Positions 23,624 to 38,119 are shown, counted from the first letter of the stretch. The stretch: 64,000 nt of DNA from Lingula anatina (GCA_051362555.1 CM120640.1:7874001-7938000); one strand, 5' to 3'. Numbers and translations: made by a program. The notes: generated by a model from the sequence alone, not told the origin.

Positions 23624-26600
23624 ACACAAATCCTCAATAATTAACAGTCTCACATATTTCACAAATTTTATTGGTAGCAGTATAAAGTGTTGTTCATTTA
23701 CACATGCAAACACATCACACCAAATTAACTTAATTTATTGTTCGAAATAGCTCGGTTATGCCAGGATCAGTTTATGTTAACCGTTACTGAATTGGAAGAT
23801 AGGAGTCGTGAGCTGACCGTGCCTAAGCGTTTGTTTTTTGGTTTTAACATATACATCTGAAGTAACTGAATAAACTGATAATTAGCATGGCATAAGGTGG
23901 GTTCTGCAAAAAACCCGATGGCCAGTGGTAAGTCACGTGACTATTCCCGCGGGGTAAGAGGGCCTAGTTTATTAGCCCTTTATGACAATTATGCGGCCAG
24001 CTCAAGATTCCTATTCCTCCCAATAAATTTATTATACAAGCATAATAATATTAAACTATGCTCAGTAAAGCAGTTCATGTGAGCAATAAAATTAAATGTA
24101 GTATGTAACTGTTGCACCATCATAAATAAAGACCTATTCCAAATTATCTTAAAGAACGGGAAATAAATTGAATTCAGAATGTTAATCACATGCACCCACA
24201 CATGCATGCACACACACTCGCTCTTTATAACTGCCATAAATCATGTGTATATTTAAAGGTTCACTAGCAAATTGGATAGACAGCAGGTATGCTGAAGGCA
24301 TAGTTACCTGTATTCCCCTCTGACAAATAACACCTGAGGTGGGAAGCACAGGCTTTACATTCTCAGCAAGGCAGGTGAATGCCTCCCCTGGGCTACTGGC
24401 TTGTACACTGTGTGGACAAGTATGGATTGTGAACTTAGCTCAGTTCTCCCAGTTGGCTATGCTGCACTGGGAACAGTTACTTCTCTAACAAAACCAGGAA
24501 ATGCACACTTTAATTGAATAGAAATGAAAACTCGGAGTTCCAGCTTGACAGATATCACATGCCCATGCTAAGTCAGATTAACCAGACTGTCATCCTCTCT
24601 ACCCTTTACTATGATCAGTGAGAGCAATCCTTTAATCCATCCCTTGCCAATTTTCCAAAATTCTCAAGAAAAAAGAACAATTCTTTACCAAAAATACAAA
24701 AAATCCTTTAAAAAAATTATTAAAACAGTAATGATTTTTTTCTTAGACTTAAATTATAATTTTTCAGAAATACTGTCATGAAGTTCAGACTTCTGATTTT
24801 CAGTGAAGCACAATGCCATCTGTGTCATTGGTTTTGGCCATTCTCATCTCAGATAAGATGATTGGGTATTATTTTTCTAAATCACTATTTACACATTGCA
24901 GAGCTTCACAGAGGACTGTAGGGGCTTACTTGCAATATAAATTTCTGAACTTTTTAAAACACCTTTGAAAAAAAAAAAGAAATAGATTATTCTTCTCAAA
25001 GGTAAGGGAAGTTGTATTACCACGATCCCTGGTTTCAGTGGTCAGGGCCAGAACTGACCATAAGCATGTATGAGAGGCAGTGGAGGGACATATTTTATGT
25101 TGGTCAGTGGCTCTCTTGTCATGGCTACTAAATCAGTGAATGTGTTTGCCGCTGAGGTGGTCAGGGGGTTAAAGCAACCACAGATGCCTTCAATACCTTT
25201 CTGTCAAACAAGGACTGCAGACAAGCTGTGTGATGTGCTCAAACCAACAGAGCTAATAATTTGATTAGATTCTTTTCCAGGTTTATGAGAAGAAATTGCA
25301 TCTGAAAATGCAAGTTGGATACATTTACTTCCAATTGAAATTATTTTTCTCAGGAATTTCCTTTTCTTTATAATAAGTATGTTTGGATAGGGCATTTTTC
25401 ACCATTTAATGAAATTATTCAGGCATTTAAAGTAGTTGTATTTTGAGTTGAAAAACAATAGAGCAAATACCCAAAGCCTCAGTTTCCTTCTGTGACAGGT
25501 GCTAGGTATGTCTGTTGCTTCTTATTCAGAGAAACCACATGAATGTACAGACGTAGTGTAGTCAACTAATATAAGTATGCACACAGTCAGTCTGAGATGG
25601 CTGAATCCAGTAAATTATCAGTTGATCAGAATTAGTTTGAAGTTTGTTAGAAACAAGAGAACTCTGCAGGAGGTGATCTTATCTCATAATAGAAGTCTGC
25701 ATAGATGGAGAAGAAAAAAATACTTTCATTTCTGGTCTAGGGGTTAGATTATGTACAGGGCACTGCTACATGTTGGGCAGGTGTGTGTGTGTGTGTTTGC
25801 GCACCCATGTGTGTGTGTGCGTGTCGATGCATGTGTATGTACTAGGGATATAGGTAAGTGGGTTTAATGGGGATTAGATTGACCATTGTATTGGTATTGG
25901 TCTTGGATTTCAGAAACTTGATTACAGTTTTAACTTGTAGTTTCATGTAATAGTTTAACTGTCACAAAGTATATATGTTTGCTTTCAAAGTGTGTCTTTA
26001 GCTTATAAGTCTTGAGGAGGAATAAAAAGTAAGATATATTATCTGCACTAGGAGAAAAGGGTGCTTACAGCAACAATTCATTATTAACACAATATAGATT
26101 TTGTCATCATTGATGATTTTTGATCTTAAAAATCAAGTGATCATCACTGGTGTACCTATTCTAGTCTAGTAAATGTTGGTTGATAGATGTTTGCAGTGAG
26201 ATTTCTTATTTTGATCATTTCTATTAATCTCTTGAATCTGGAAAGCAGTCTACCTGCTGATGGACAAAAGCACATGCTTAATTCCCCAGCAGTGCCTACA
26301 GATTGTTTTATCAGCAAATATAGATTAGAAGACCTAGTTGTTTGTCTGTTTTGACTGAGCGCCCCTTGTGCTTTTCAAACAAAAAAGAAGCTCATTCTAG
26401 TTTTGCCAAATGAAATTTACTTTTTTAAGTAGTTTGATACAGTGTTGTTTTGCCTGTCCCCTTATCCCTGCAATACCAGAACACTCAAGCATGAGAGGTG
26501 TATTATGGGAAGCCTCCCCCCCCCCCCCCCCTCTGTGACTGGGGGAAGCTACTTTGTTGCAGTAGCATTCCCTCTAATCCATTAAGCTAAAGGGTATCAG

Positions 26601-27423
26601 GAGATTAGTTGCAAAGCCTGTAATTGCCAGATTGGCTCAGTTTACCTGTGCATACCAAGGAATAGAAAAGTGTTCATCATACACTCCAACACTGAACACC
26701 TTTAGCTGCACCTTGTATTACTGCTACTTCCAAAGTTGTTTATTTACAATACCCAAAGTGGCTGTAATTAACAAAGAGTAAAAGGGGTTTGGCTTAAAAG
26801 GGAACAGGAGGCTTGCTATCTGACAAGGAGTGAAACCGAATTGGCCAGGAGTGTAACAAGGGTGATGACATCTCAACCCTTCTCAGAGGAGAGAATCTAA
26901 ATATTATGCTGGTCTGATTGTTGTAACACTGATCTTACACTCTGTGGGGACCAGGTGGTGAACACATTCACATTACCCTTCTCCACTGGTAGTTTGCTTT
27001 TGGAACTTGTGTTAGGAGATTTAAACGACACAGAAAAAGAGACCTCACAAACTCCTGGGTCAATACATTTCAAGTTCAATTTTCCCTTTCTCACACAGAT
27101 TTCTTACAGTAGTTTTTCCATCTGTGCTTCACTATTGTTTTTGAGTAGCTATAGAACATGGCTTTTAACAGTTTTTGTTGGTGGGTCTTGGCATGTATTT
27201 GTCATGCTTCAAATTCAAAATGATAAAAATGTCATGGTAAATCAACCCATTTTATTTTTAACATTTTGATTTTCCTGATAAATTAAGACTGAGATTATTG
27301 ACATTTTTTGAGCTAAAAACAGGAGAGCGTCATATGTTAATTAATACCTAAGTTTTCAGGCCTCTGAAACTAAAGTTCTGCAAATACTTTTTGTTTGAAT
27401 AAAATTTCTTTGTGTTTTTTCAG

Positions 27424-27453
27424 GCTTCCTCAAAACCCCAGGAGAACACGTAA
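27424..27453 (+). CDS. HTATSF1: Putative terminal exon of HTATSF1 (ASSKPQENT*)
   Basis: Strong acceptor tttctttgtgttttttcag; phase 0 is compatible with the donors at 13745 or 21490; it lies near the end of the CpG-depleted domain. Confidence 0.35.
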   Translation, partial: ASSKPQENT

Positions 27454-29730
27454 ATGACAGTAGATACTGCAGCCACCATACTTACCCAGGTTAAGAACAG
27501 CAGTAGAGAAGGTGTAGAAAACTTGGCAGATACTTCAGGACATCTTCAGGCAGCATTTCTATCAATGTGTCAATCTCATCTGCTCAGAGGATAACCGTTT
27601 ATAAGACATGTAATACAGTGTGTATTGACATTGACTCCAAACGTTGGGTCAGAACCTTTCAGAACTTCTTTCAGTTCTCTTTGCTCAACGGCAAAATGAC
27701 ATCAAAATACATTATGCCTGGGCATATGATTGAACATCGATTTAAATGTCTTTTCCAGCGTCGTGGAATGATGGACTAAATACCTGGATGCACTGATTAT
27801 TGCAGAGACCGATATAGATATAGCAATATCTAGTCAATATCTAGTCAACTATCACCTGTTTAACAAAAAGTCTTAAGTCAGTTTTGAGGATAAATCCAAC
27901 GCGAGTCTCATTGATAGACTGTATTATAATATATTTATTGCCCCATTGGAAACTGATTTAAGTTGCTATTACGTTTTTGTGAAGGAGAAGTCGTTTGGTG
28001 ATTTAGGTACTATAATAGGCCTACAATAACTGGAATTGACTGGAATATTTGGAATATTGTTTATATCAAGTTGTCAAATTTAATATGTTAAATTTCACGA
28101 ACGGGCATGTTTGTGTTCATTTAAAAGGAGAAATTACGTTAAAGGCCGATGGCGTTTTAGATCATTGTTCACCTTTCCGTGTATTTTACATGCACGATAA
28201 CTAATTTCCTTAGATTATTTAAAGTAGAATATATATATTGCCAATAAAAGATTCGAAACGATTCAACAGAATTGTTTATATTAGTCGAAACTTTTATATT
28301 CCAAGCATTTTCTGTATGTACGATATGATTGAATGGGATATTTTGAATTCTGTTGACACGTATATTCTTAACTAAACTACTATAATGTGATGCTTGTTGA
28401 GGAAAAAACAAATCGATTTTTTGCATTGTGTACCATAAGGTGACTTCGTTAACCATGAGAAAATTATAGATACGTCCAAGGTATATGTTTACTGCCACTG
28501 CTAAAGAATGTCCCTCCTCTTTTAAGATAAACACATTTGCGCTTACGTAGATAAGATTGACACAAAATTCCAATAGACGAGAAATTAGATGCATTTTTAA
28601 AGTAACGGTAACAGCAATACAGAAACGACTAATATAAATGATTTAAACTTAATTCAGCTCAGTAGACACATACATCAGCACGTCTTTTATGTTCTAAGGT
28701 AAGATGTAGCGGTGGTTAATGGGTGAACCTGTCTTCCCACGTGCTGCCAATTTGTTCCAGTTAACCACCGGTATGTTCCCCACAAGATAGAAGGAGAGGG
28801 TTCCAGACGGCTGGCCATCCATTGCGTAACATCAACTGATTAGTAACGCATCGGTATCACGAAATCCGTGGACCAACGTGGTTCCGTGCGGATCACTTTA
28901 ATTCATTCGGTGTCGAGTCTCCTTTTTTTCCTTACTTTTTTTCCCCTGGTGTTTCATTTATCCGTTAATAGAAATCTAGGCATAAATTCCGCTAATATGT
29001 TCATTAAGACGATCGTATTAGCATCTGACGTTTTAGACATATCTTTCCCTTAGCGAGAAAGTTGTGACTTTAAATTTGTCATGTAATATTTGCCGTCAGA
29101 AGCAAATATCCTGTGTTTGTTTTTTTTTTTCCTTTAAATGAAATAATACCCCCAAATAAAGGTGATAAAACGAAGATGCACAGCGCAGAAAATGCTGTAT
29201 AAGTGACGAATTATAAAAGTAAGAAGGGATAAATTATCAGGGAATTTCAAATTTAGAGTAATTCTTTTGAAAAAAACTTGATGCTGGGTCTCCTTTATGT
29301 ACATACGTTTCACGGACAAAAGGGAACACGAAACTGATTGCTGATCGTAGCATGCCCGGTAGTTTCACTATAGGATTTAACGGAAGGGAGAGAAGGGTGT
29401 GAGAATATTACAAGGAGAGATGGGTAACATTTTTCTTTTCTCCCAGTTCCCCTGGTGTTGCTTGCACTCACGGACAGCGCAGGGAAGTACGGTAGCTGCG
29501 TTCGACAGTAGCAGTATCATATTGATTGGTGTGGAGCAGGTGATTGCGCCGACCAGGGCCTCCGGATCGGGTTCCTTTCTGTCAACACCAATGCACGGGC
29601 CCCTTCAACGCGATTACTGTTCGCTCCGCCCACAGGCAGCCAGCCTGCAGTTGGAAATAGACAGATCAGCTGGCAGAGAAGACTAGAAGAGGGAGATTCT
29701 GAAAAACCTCACTTGGAACTGCGTAGCAAC

Positions 29731-32700
29731 ATGACTTGCACAGAAGTGATGTACCATCCTGCTTATACGCCGTACAGTTCCTATCTCGCTTATCAAAAGC
29801 CTTATGATACATACAAGGTACAGTAATAGCTTAGTGCAAAGCGCAATTAGTCAGTTTCATTGTACCATTTTCAAAGAAATCTTATTTTAACAAAGATAAC
29901 CTTCCGCAAAACAAGGCAGGTGCCAAAATGAAGCGTTAATGTAGAACTTCCAGTTGTATTGGTTTGAGATGATTGCAACGCATGGTCGTGATGTCATCGA
30001 CTGGTTGTTTCACTAAGATGCACGAGAATCATGCACGCGCCTCTCATTCTTGAACATAACTAGGAATCCCAGCGTTTCTATCCGCTAAATCGAAGTAGCG
30101 AGGGAATTCGTAAGGATTTTGACTGGAATTCTCTCGTGGTTAAGTCCCATGGTAAGTGACTGTATAACTATGTCGGGCTTGCCATATATTGCACTTTCTC
30201 TATACACGAAGATGAATAATCCCCAGTTATCCCTTGCGTTTCAGAAATTCGCTGCTCTCCACAAAGTTTACGATAGTAGCCATAGTCCCATGGATGCCAT
30301 AAATTACTCCACAACAGCAACGACGGGATTAAGTTTCGGTTTAGTAGGCAAAGAGGAAGAGAGTGACGAAGACCTGCATCCAAAAGCCTCCCAGTATTTA
30401 TCGGCAAAGTGCGCCGTGTACACGTTCTTTACGGGAGATCCTAGTTCTAACGTTGACGATCATTTCTCAAAATCACTGAGTCTATATAACCAAAGGATAA
30501 ATCAGGTTGGAGGGGGAGATGGCAAGGCAGTTAACTGGAAAGGTGAGTTTTTGAAGGATTTATTTTAACACTCCTTTGTGACGAGGTGTTATGTTATTCA
30601 TGTATGGTTAAACTATACCTTCAATTTTCATCTGATTGATACTGTTTTTATTTGAGCGTTGCACTGTATGTATTTTTGAAGGTGCATGTGTTTTATTGCT
30701 TTTCCCTTCTTATTCAATCTCTTTAATCAGTGCAGCGTTTGGCATTATAATAATAACAATAATTATAATAATTATTATTTATTTTACAATAGAATATTTC
30801 AAGAAAAAAACACAAAATGTAGTGCCTCCTTATACATCTACCTCCTCCACTGACTGATAAGAGGAATTGCGTGAAGAACGGTATCAATCCATGTTATTTT
30901 CGTAGTGTATTTGCCGTGAAACTGCGAAAAAAAATCACGCAGCGTGCTTCTTTCAACTTTCCGCTCGAACATCATACAAGTAATACCGTTTCATTTGGGA
31001 GGTCAGACGACTCCCGCTGTGAGCATCTAGCGTAGAGGCCACTCAAGTCAACGATTTGTATTGCTTACAAATTAAATACACAGCTAACACGCTGTCTAAA
31101 GAACACTCCTGTAACGCGTCTTCTTTGTAAATACATCATGTGCCTTATTACCCTCCTCTTAGATCGTTTTTTTTTCTATAAGATCAAATATACCTAGGGT
31201 TTCTCCACTTTACCTGACTCGATGCTAGAAAATCATCTACCTGGTGGAACACATGACGAAGGGGCTACTTTCACGATCAGTAAGGCGTTCTATTTGTATT
31301 CCCTACATGATAGATTATGAGGCTGTCGTAATTAATCTGGATAAATAACCACTGACGTCCGTTCTTGCTCCTGCTTTCTGTATGGTTAGAAATAACTGAT
31401 ATTGAGTTGTTTTCAACAGAAATGAACGCATTCCTCTATAAACACACATTGTAGCAATGAATTAAAATTGTTCCCAGACCAAATTTTGGTATTGGTTTTA
31501 GACGAAAGGATAATAATAGGGTTTCGCAATTAATATAGTGGTCTTAGAATAGCGGTTCAAATAGTGGCATGGTGTATAAGACGGCAATGGAAACAGAGTT
31601 GTATTCCAGTGAGGTTTGGCATGTATTTTGTAAAGAGATTCATTATCTGTTACAACTTCCTTTTCTGTCTTGTAAACGCGAAAACGTTTCTAACTTAGGG
31701 TGCTGTTTTGCTTAAAACTCCTTCTGATTTTTCAAACGGAAGTCGAATTTCTCTGAGTCATTAAGGGGAACAGTTAAATCAAATTACTCAAGCGGTATTT
31801 TACTAGACCAAATGGAGATAGGGTACATGGGTCGCTGTTTGATCGAAGAGGACTTGTATTCTCTAACCTTCAAGTACAAATAAATTTCGTGGTATTTGTC
31901 ACAGAGGCAATGAAGGAATTAGAGTAAATGTTTTCCCGGGCAATTATTCCCCATTGTTACCCGAAAATAACCATTTACTGAGACAGACATTTATAACATT
32001 GTTTAAAAAAATGCCCATTTGGAAATAAGTTAGCTGTCAGAAACTATTTACGTTCCTTCAAGAGTTCAGTATGGTTCTGCCAAACTAGTATATATTTTAT
32101 AATACGCCTTATTTCATAAGACAAACAACTTTATGAAGCAAACCTATACGTGTGAGATTTTCTACCAAAGGGTTATCGTCATTAAACTGGGAGAATGTCA
32201 CAAATGTTAGACGAAAACGATCACAGTTCCATTACTATTATAAATTTTCAACCGCAACGATATTGTATTGTTCAGAGATTTTAAGTATAATACTTCGTAA
32301 TAATTCAACCGATGACTCCTTTGGTGGATTCCTTGAAATAATTCGTACTACTAATTCATACCATTATTTTTCATTCATTTTCTGTTTTTATTTTGTGTAG
32401 TAAATCAAATGCTCGAACCTCTGATAACGTTTGTATGACCTACGTAAAAATTATATTAGGACGAGCAGAGTAAAATGATTCCTCGTCAATCCACAATTTT
32501 CTGGGTAATTAATTCAATATACGAGATTTTCACCAACGGGTGTTGGTAAGACGATCATTGTTTCCAAAATACAACAAATTATTTCATAGATTATAATGTC
32601 TTCCTTGTCATTCAGAGGTGTCGACCATGGGCCAACGGAACCTACCTCCGTCATTCTGGAACAGTGCCTACCAGCCGCCGGTCCTTCCCCACCCGCTAGG

Positions 32701-34854
32701 GGGCAGTGGAGCAGCGGCATATCCAGACCCATACAGCATACCAGGTTCATCCTTCCACGGGATGGCTGGATTACAAGACCCGTGGCATTATTCGTTCTCC
32801 TCTCAAACGCACACGTATCCTCACAGACCGTCCATGCACGATTTCACCTATTCCTCCATGACTCCCGGTCCGTCACGGCTCACACCCCACTACAGTTCTC
32901 TTCTCATGCAGCAGTCCATGCGGGCGTCGGGAAGGTTTAGCGGCATGCACGCATCGGGTACGTGCGACTTGACAAAACCTGCTGCTGCTGCTGCTGAAGC
33001 TGCCGCCTGGGGGAGTCGATATCACACGGACCCGTTAGCGACCACCGACCTGTCCTCTCATCACACAGTGCCACACCCACACCCGCATCTGGAACCGACA
33101 GTAACAGGTGAGGGATTTCTGTGAATCAAATAAAATAAGATTTTAAGTCTTTGGGATTTTAGTCAGAAAATAATCTTAGAAAAAATTATTTAAATCGAGC
33201 ACCTTTTCGATTTTTTCAGGTTTTCAGCAATCCCTAGTATTTACCAACCATCACCCTATAAACCTGAAAAACCTAAATATTTTTATGGTAGTATTTTTCA
33301 TCGATTACGTAAATTCCTTATATTCATAATTCTAATGGCAATGCAAATTTTGGGAGAGCACGTTACGTTTCTCGAGGACATAAATGCAGGTTAATGAAAA
33401 AATGAGGCTTTAGAAATAAATTAATACCACGAACTGTTACTTTGAAATGATATATGAAATAAATTATATGAATTCCATAAGATTGATTGGTATATCTTTT
33501 AAGGCTGTGTTGCCTCTGTACCCCAGTGGTTATTTAACTTTACCGATGCCCTGGAAGCATTTTGTTCTGGTCTTTACACGAGCTTTTCGGATAATTCTTT
33601 GAATTTTATTCATTACAATCTCTCTACGTAAAAATACTTCCGTGCGTGATAAAAATTTTGAATCTTTTTATTGTTATGATTGAAACGTTTTTTAAAAACA
33701 CTTCATATGAAAGTCATATAATGGTTATCAATTTTACAAAACTCGCTTTTTTGATGAAAGAAAAAATGCAGTGCTTTCAGTTTTATATACCTTCGATTTC
33801 CTTGCATATTTGTGAACGCCTTAAGAACGACAAAGAAGTAAATAGAATATACTGATAAAATAGAATTAAAAATTTTTAGAACGGAGTTAAACGTCAGAGG
33901 TTATTCTTTGCGCATCTACCACTGTTGTATTGCTGTGATTTGTAATTTGTAATTTTATATCCAAATATATCAAGTGATAGACTCACAAAATATAATAAAA
34001 ATAAAAATAGACAAAAAGGCAGAGAATTGAATTGGCTTTTTTTTTTAATTTTAAAAGTGTATGACATGTCAGAGTGATTTGTTGGAAAATCGGGAGAACA
34101 ACGGAGCCACGTGCGCATATCTGTAGAATTATGTTTTTAGACAGAAAACTATTTGACGATTACCTCAGAAATACAGGATTTCTTTGTTGGGCAAAAATTG
34201 CTTGGCTGTTGTAAATTAACCCCCTTTAAATTGTGCCTTGAAATAAACAACTTTTGTCGAAACCCCCCACAAAGAACAGGCCCCTGATAGAATATTATAA
34301 TATGGGGTCACAAGTTTTATATCACGACTTTTCTTATTTATTAAAAGATAATTATGTTTATTATGCTGTTGTAACCTTGGCCCTTGGACATGCATGATTG
34401 GTCCAAGTTACAACGTTTTCTGTGAAAATGGTGTGGTACAAATTGTCTTCAGTATTTAAGATAAGTCTCAATCCAGTGCGGGATTGCGTCGTTTTTCTTT
34501 AAGGAATTGTATTTCTGCTTAGTTTGAACCTAAAATATTATTACATTGCATTCTTGTTCTGAAATGTATTTATAAATAAAAATATATTGCTTGAAACTGA
34601 AATTGAAAGTGATTAACAGGGGTGGATAAAAATATCTTTTTAAATTCTTAGTACAATGTAACATTTACTTGTTAATGTCTTTCTTACTACGGTTAACACG
34701 TCATCCAATTTGTTTTTGACAATTAAAAAAGTTTTCTTTTCACATATAACAGGTCTTTTAATCTCTTTTGTATTCAGTTATGCATTTTTTTTTCTATATT
34801 TTAGGGTTGGATGGAACAGTTCAAGAATCTGGAAAAGAAGTTTACTGGTTTTAA
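29731..34854 (+). CDS. vg: Vestigial / vestigial-like (VGLL1-3 family) TEAD/Scalloped co-activator
   Basis: Exons 29731-29817 (MTCTEVMYHPAY..., like the VGLL2/3 N-terminus), 30245-30542 (TONDU domain YLSAKCAVYTFFTGDPSSNVDDHFSKSL), 32616-33107 (MGQRNLPPSFWNSAY, DPWHY, YSSLL, His/Pro-rich) and 34805-34854 (QESGKEVYWF*). Phases 0, 1, 1 are consistent. Confidence 0.93.
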
Positions 34855-37800
34855 GAAAGCATATTAATAACATTGACAGATGCGGACGCATGTGATCGAT
34901 AGTATTACATAGAAGTGATGGTAAAGTCGCTATTTTGAGCGTCGACAGTTCTTGGATTTTTTCCATTTGTTTAACGCATCATCTCTGTCAACGGCTTTTA
35001 AAAAGTAGAGGTAGAGTATAATATGTAAGGTACCATATGATTTTCAAATCATTTTTGTGAAACTATAATCCATCGTCTGCAGTGAGATCACCTCATATGC
35101 GGTCAATAGACGAGTTGCTGCAGTGAAAAGATATGCGAATATGAACCGCACCCATGCTCAAAGCAAGTACAGCGCCTAAGCACAAAAATATTAATTTATT
35201 TAACATAAAAACAATCAGGTACGTGTAAACAGAAAACGCCATGTTTCAGATAATACAGATGCACAAAATCGTTGTTGTGAAACTTCTAAACGCTCAAAAC
35301 AATAAAGCACAAGTTACATTGATATCATGTCCCATAATGTCTCAACGCTCTCCTCACTGATATAACAGTCACATGCGCAAAAGAGAAGGGTTGATGGCTG
35401 GAAAAAAAAACTCTTCCGAATCAAAGAAAGCAATATACAAAAATATGTTATTGTTAACAATATCCTTTATCAGCTATTCCGTCCTGAAGGACATGTTGAA
35501 TTAAAGTGAATTTGTCCGTGCTACAAATTATTCAATTATCAACTTTTCACGTAATCAAAATAGGGTGGCAAAGTAGATTCTGCGTATGTTAAGTTTATTT
35601 ATTTATATGCAAGGTTTATGTGACTGTTTAACAGCCGTAATAACTCAATTAGTTATTGTGATTTTTTTCTTGCTGAATACCTTTTTATATTTTGATATTA
35701 AATTGTATATACTGTTGTAGCTAGCAAGACTGAGGTATGAAAATTAAGTTACCATCCTGTTATTTAATATCACATTATTTAGCAGTGGCCGAATGTGTAA
35801 ATGCTTCGTTAGGAACATGTTTCAGAAAACTGTTTCTTGATAAGCTTTCAAGAACTTCCCAGAAAAATACCTTGATGTATAGATTTTTAATTAAAGCTCT
35901 TTCCAATTAAGCAAATTCATTAGCTGCTTGCAGGAATATATCGAAACTGTAAATAATTATAAGTTTGTACATATTTTAAGGATTTGTATATATTAATATG
36001 TAAACACCGTTTCAGGAAGTGCCAAACAAATTGACGTATACAATGATATACGCAGTATCATATGCAAGGGTTCCAAGATTTGAATCTAAAATAACTTATT
36101 GTTTTATAACTTGTGTATATTTCTATGTATGTGTGGAAATCGTGAAAAAGAAAAATGTGCATACACACAATAAAATACTTAAATATGCTGATTGTGGTAT
36201 CATTTGTTACTTATACACGCGTCCCCATCGTAAGTGTGCGCAGCGTTCTTCAATAAAAAAAACTTGATGTCATTAATTAAAATTACTTGTCTAAAACACT
36301 GTAAGGCGACTATTTATTCTGTTTTTCGTGCTACTGGTATTCTACTATGTTTATCAAGTGAAGTGGACACAGGTACAATCAGTTATTTAAAAAAGCAAAG
36401 AAAAACTATATTATCTTGATCAGTTGACAAAGATCTGTGTAAATTAATTAAAATTGATGATGGCGATAGTTATAGGTAGACCGACTGTCCCAGAATTTGG
36501 ATAAAGATAGTTAAAAACATTCTTTAGTATTGATCGAAACAATCACAAATTTGTTCGATAAATTTGAGCGCTCTATTTGAAATGAGAAAATAGGAATTTG
36601 AAAAAATATTGTTGACGGTATTTTGTAAGAAAAGCATGGTAAATTCAAATGAAATATGACGTTTTTCAAATTAATTTTGCGATAGGATTTATTTATTAAT
36701 CTAGTGGTACATGAAATGCACACGCTCTCACTGTTTCAAAGCGAAATGTAAACCGCTAATAAACAAACTCTGAGCTAGCCGCACAAACACCTTTTGTTAT
36801 TTTTAAAAGTAAGAGGTTAATTCGTTGTGATAAAGCAAGCTTGACACTGATGAGCGTTATATGAATTATGGAACATTTCTTTAAAAAATTAATTAGTTTT
36901 CAAAAAGCATCGAAATGCGAAAATGGGGGAAGGTATCGGTTTGCATCGTGTTTCATATAAACCAAAAAAATCAAAAACGCAAAATCGGTTATAGTGAAAC
37001 TTTTCTTGACAAAAATACACCTTTTTTGTCTAGTTTGAAGTGTTCTGAAATAAAAAAAAAGATCAGTTGAAAACTATATTATGCAAATGGCTAGTGAGTA
37101 TTACGGTGCATATTTCCCGAAATAATATCTTGTAATTTTTTTTTAATTTTTGAGATTGTAAATCTTACCTCACCCTTTAAAGAATTGCCTAGATAGAGTG
37201 CATATAACGCAAGTATTTGAAATAGCGGACGTCATATCAGATGTAATTACCTTTGTAATATTGTATGAAAAATAGATATTATCCAAGAAATAACTTTTAA
37301 AGAAAAATTATTAATAGAATGACAAATAAAGTTAGGAAAAGCTTTACTCTTAGTTTAATACATTTTTTATCATCATCACAAAAATTACATTGTTCCATAC
37401 GCCATCCAATTCTTTGACAACGATCAAAATTATTTTTGATTCAGTAATTCCGGGAGAAAAACAACAAAGAGACGTCAAAATTCTCGTTGAATGAAAAGAG
37501 ACCAACACTTCGGAAAATGTTACGGAGCCAATAGTAAATAAACTCAAGCAATAGTGCTAGATATATTGAATCTGCACGCGCAGTTACTTTCAAGGAACGG
37601 ATATTGTCAGTCAGGTCACATAACAAACGTCAATTTTAAGTATAAACGCTATTTATTTTCCAACGCAGAACCAAGCAAAATAGAAACGACTTAGCCGAGC
37701 ACAATTTCAGCACTTATGTCCATACAGAAAGCTATAGCTTCATATTGGTATCATATCATATCATACATGTTATAATTGATATAAATAATATGATAAGAAA

Positions 37801-38119
37801 ACCTGAAAGAAAGTAATTTTAAAAGAGGAAAGAGATAGCACCCGCTGTCTGCAAGCGGGGTCCGCGAAATCCAAGGAGCCTTGGTACATTCCTTAGGTAA
37901 ATTACCAGGAGGATATACACTTGTTGTTTTCAGTTATCCTATATCGACAGACGAGAAAATGCCTTTCTGAAAAGCGATGACAGACAATCCCATATTCTCA
38001 CTCCATCAAGTGCATATTTTGTGTTGGTTGCACCTGATAGCGATGTCGAGAGAGGTCACTGGCAGCTGGGTGGAGGTGCTGGAGTGGAACAGCACACTGA
38101 CAGCCGTCAAAACTCGAAC

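Noticed and set aside
23559-23750. Similar short ORFs (..[11 protein letters not shown]..) at 23559 and 53346 suggesting a small-protein family
   Set aside because: The similarity comes from the shared MITE sequence.
32596-32940. 114-aa overlapping ORF in vg exon 3
   Set aside because: Alternative frame of a GC-rich exon with no recognisable motifs; the conserved vestigial motifs are in the other frame.
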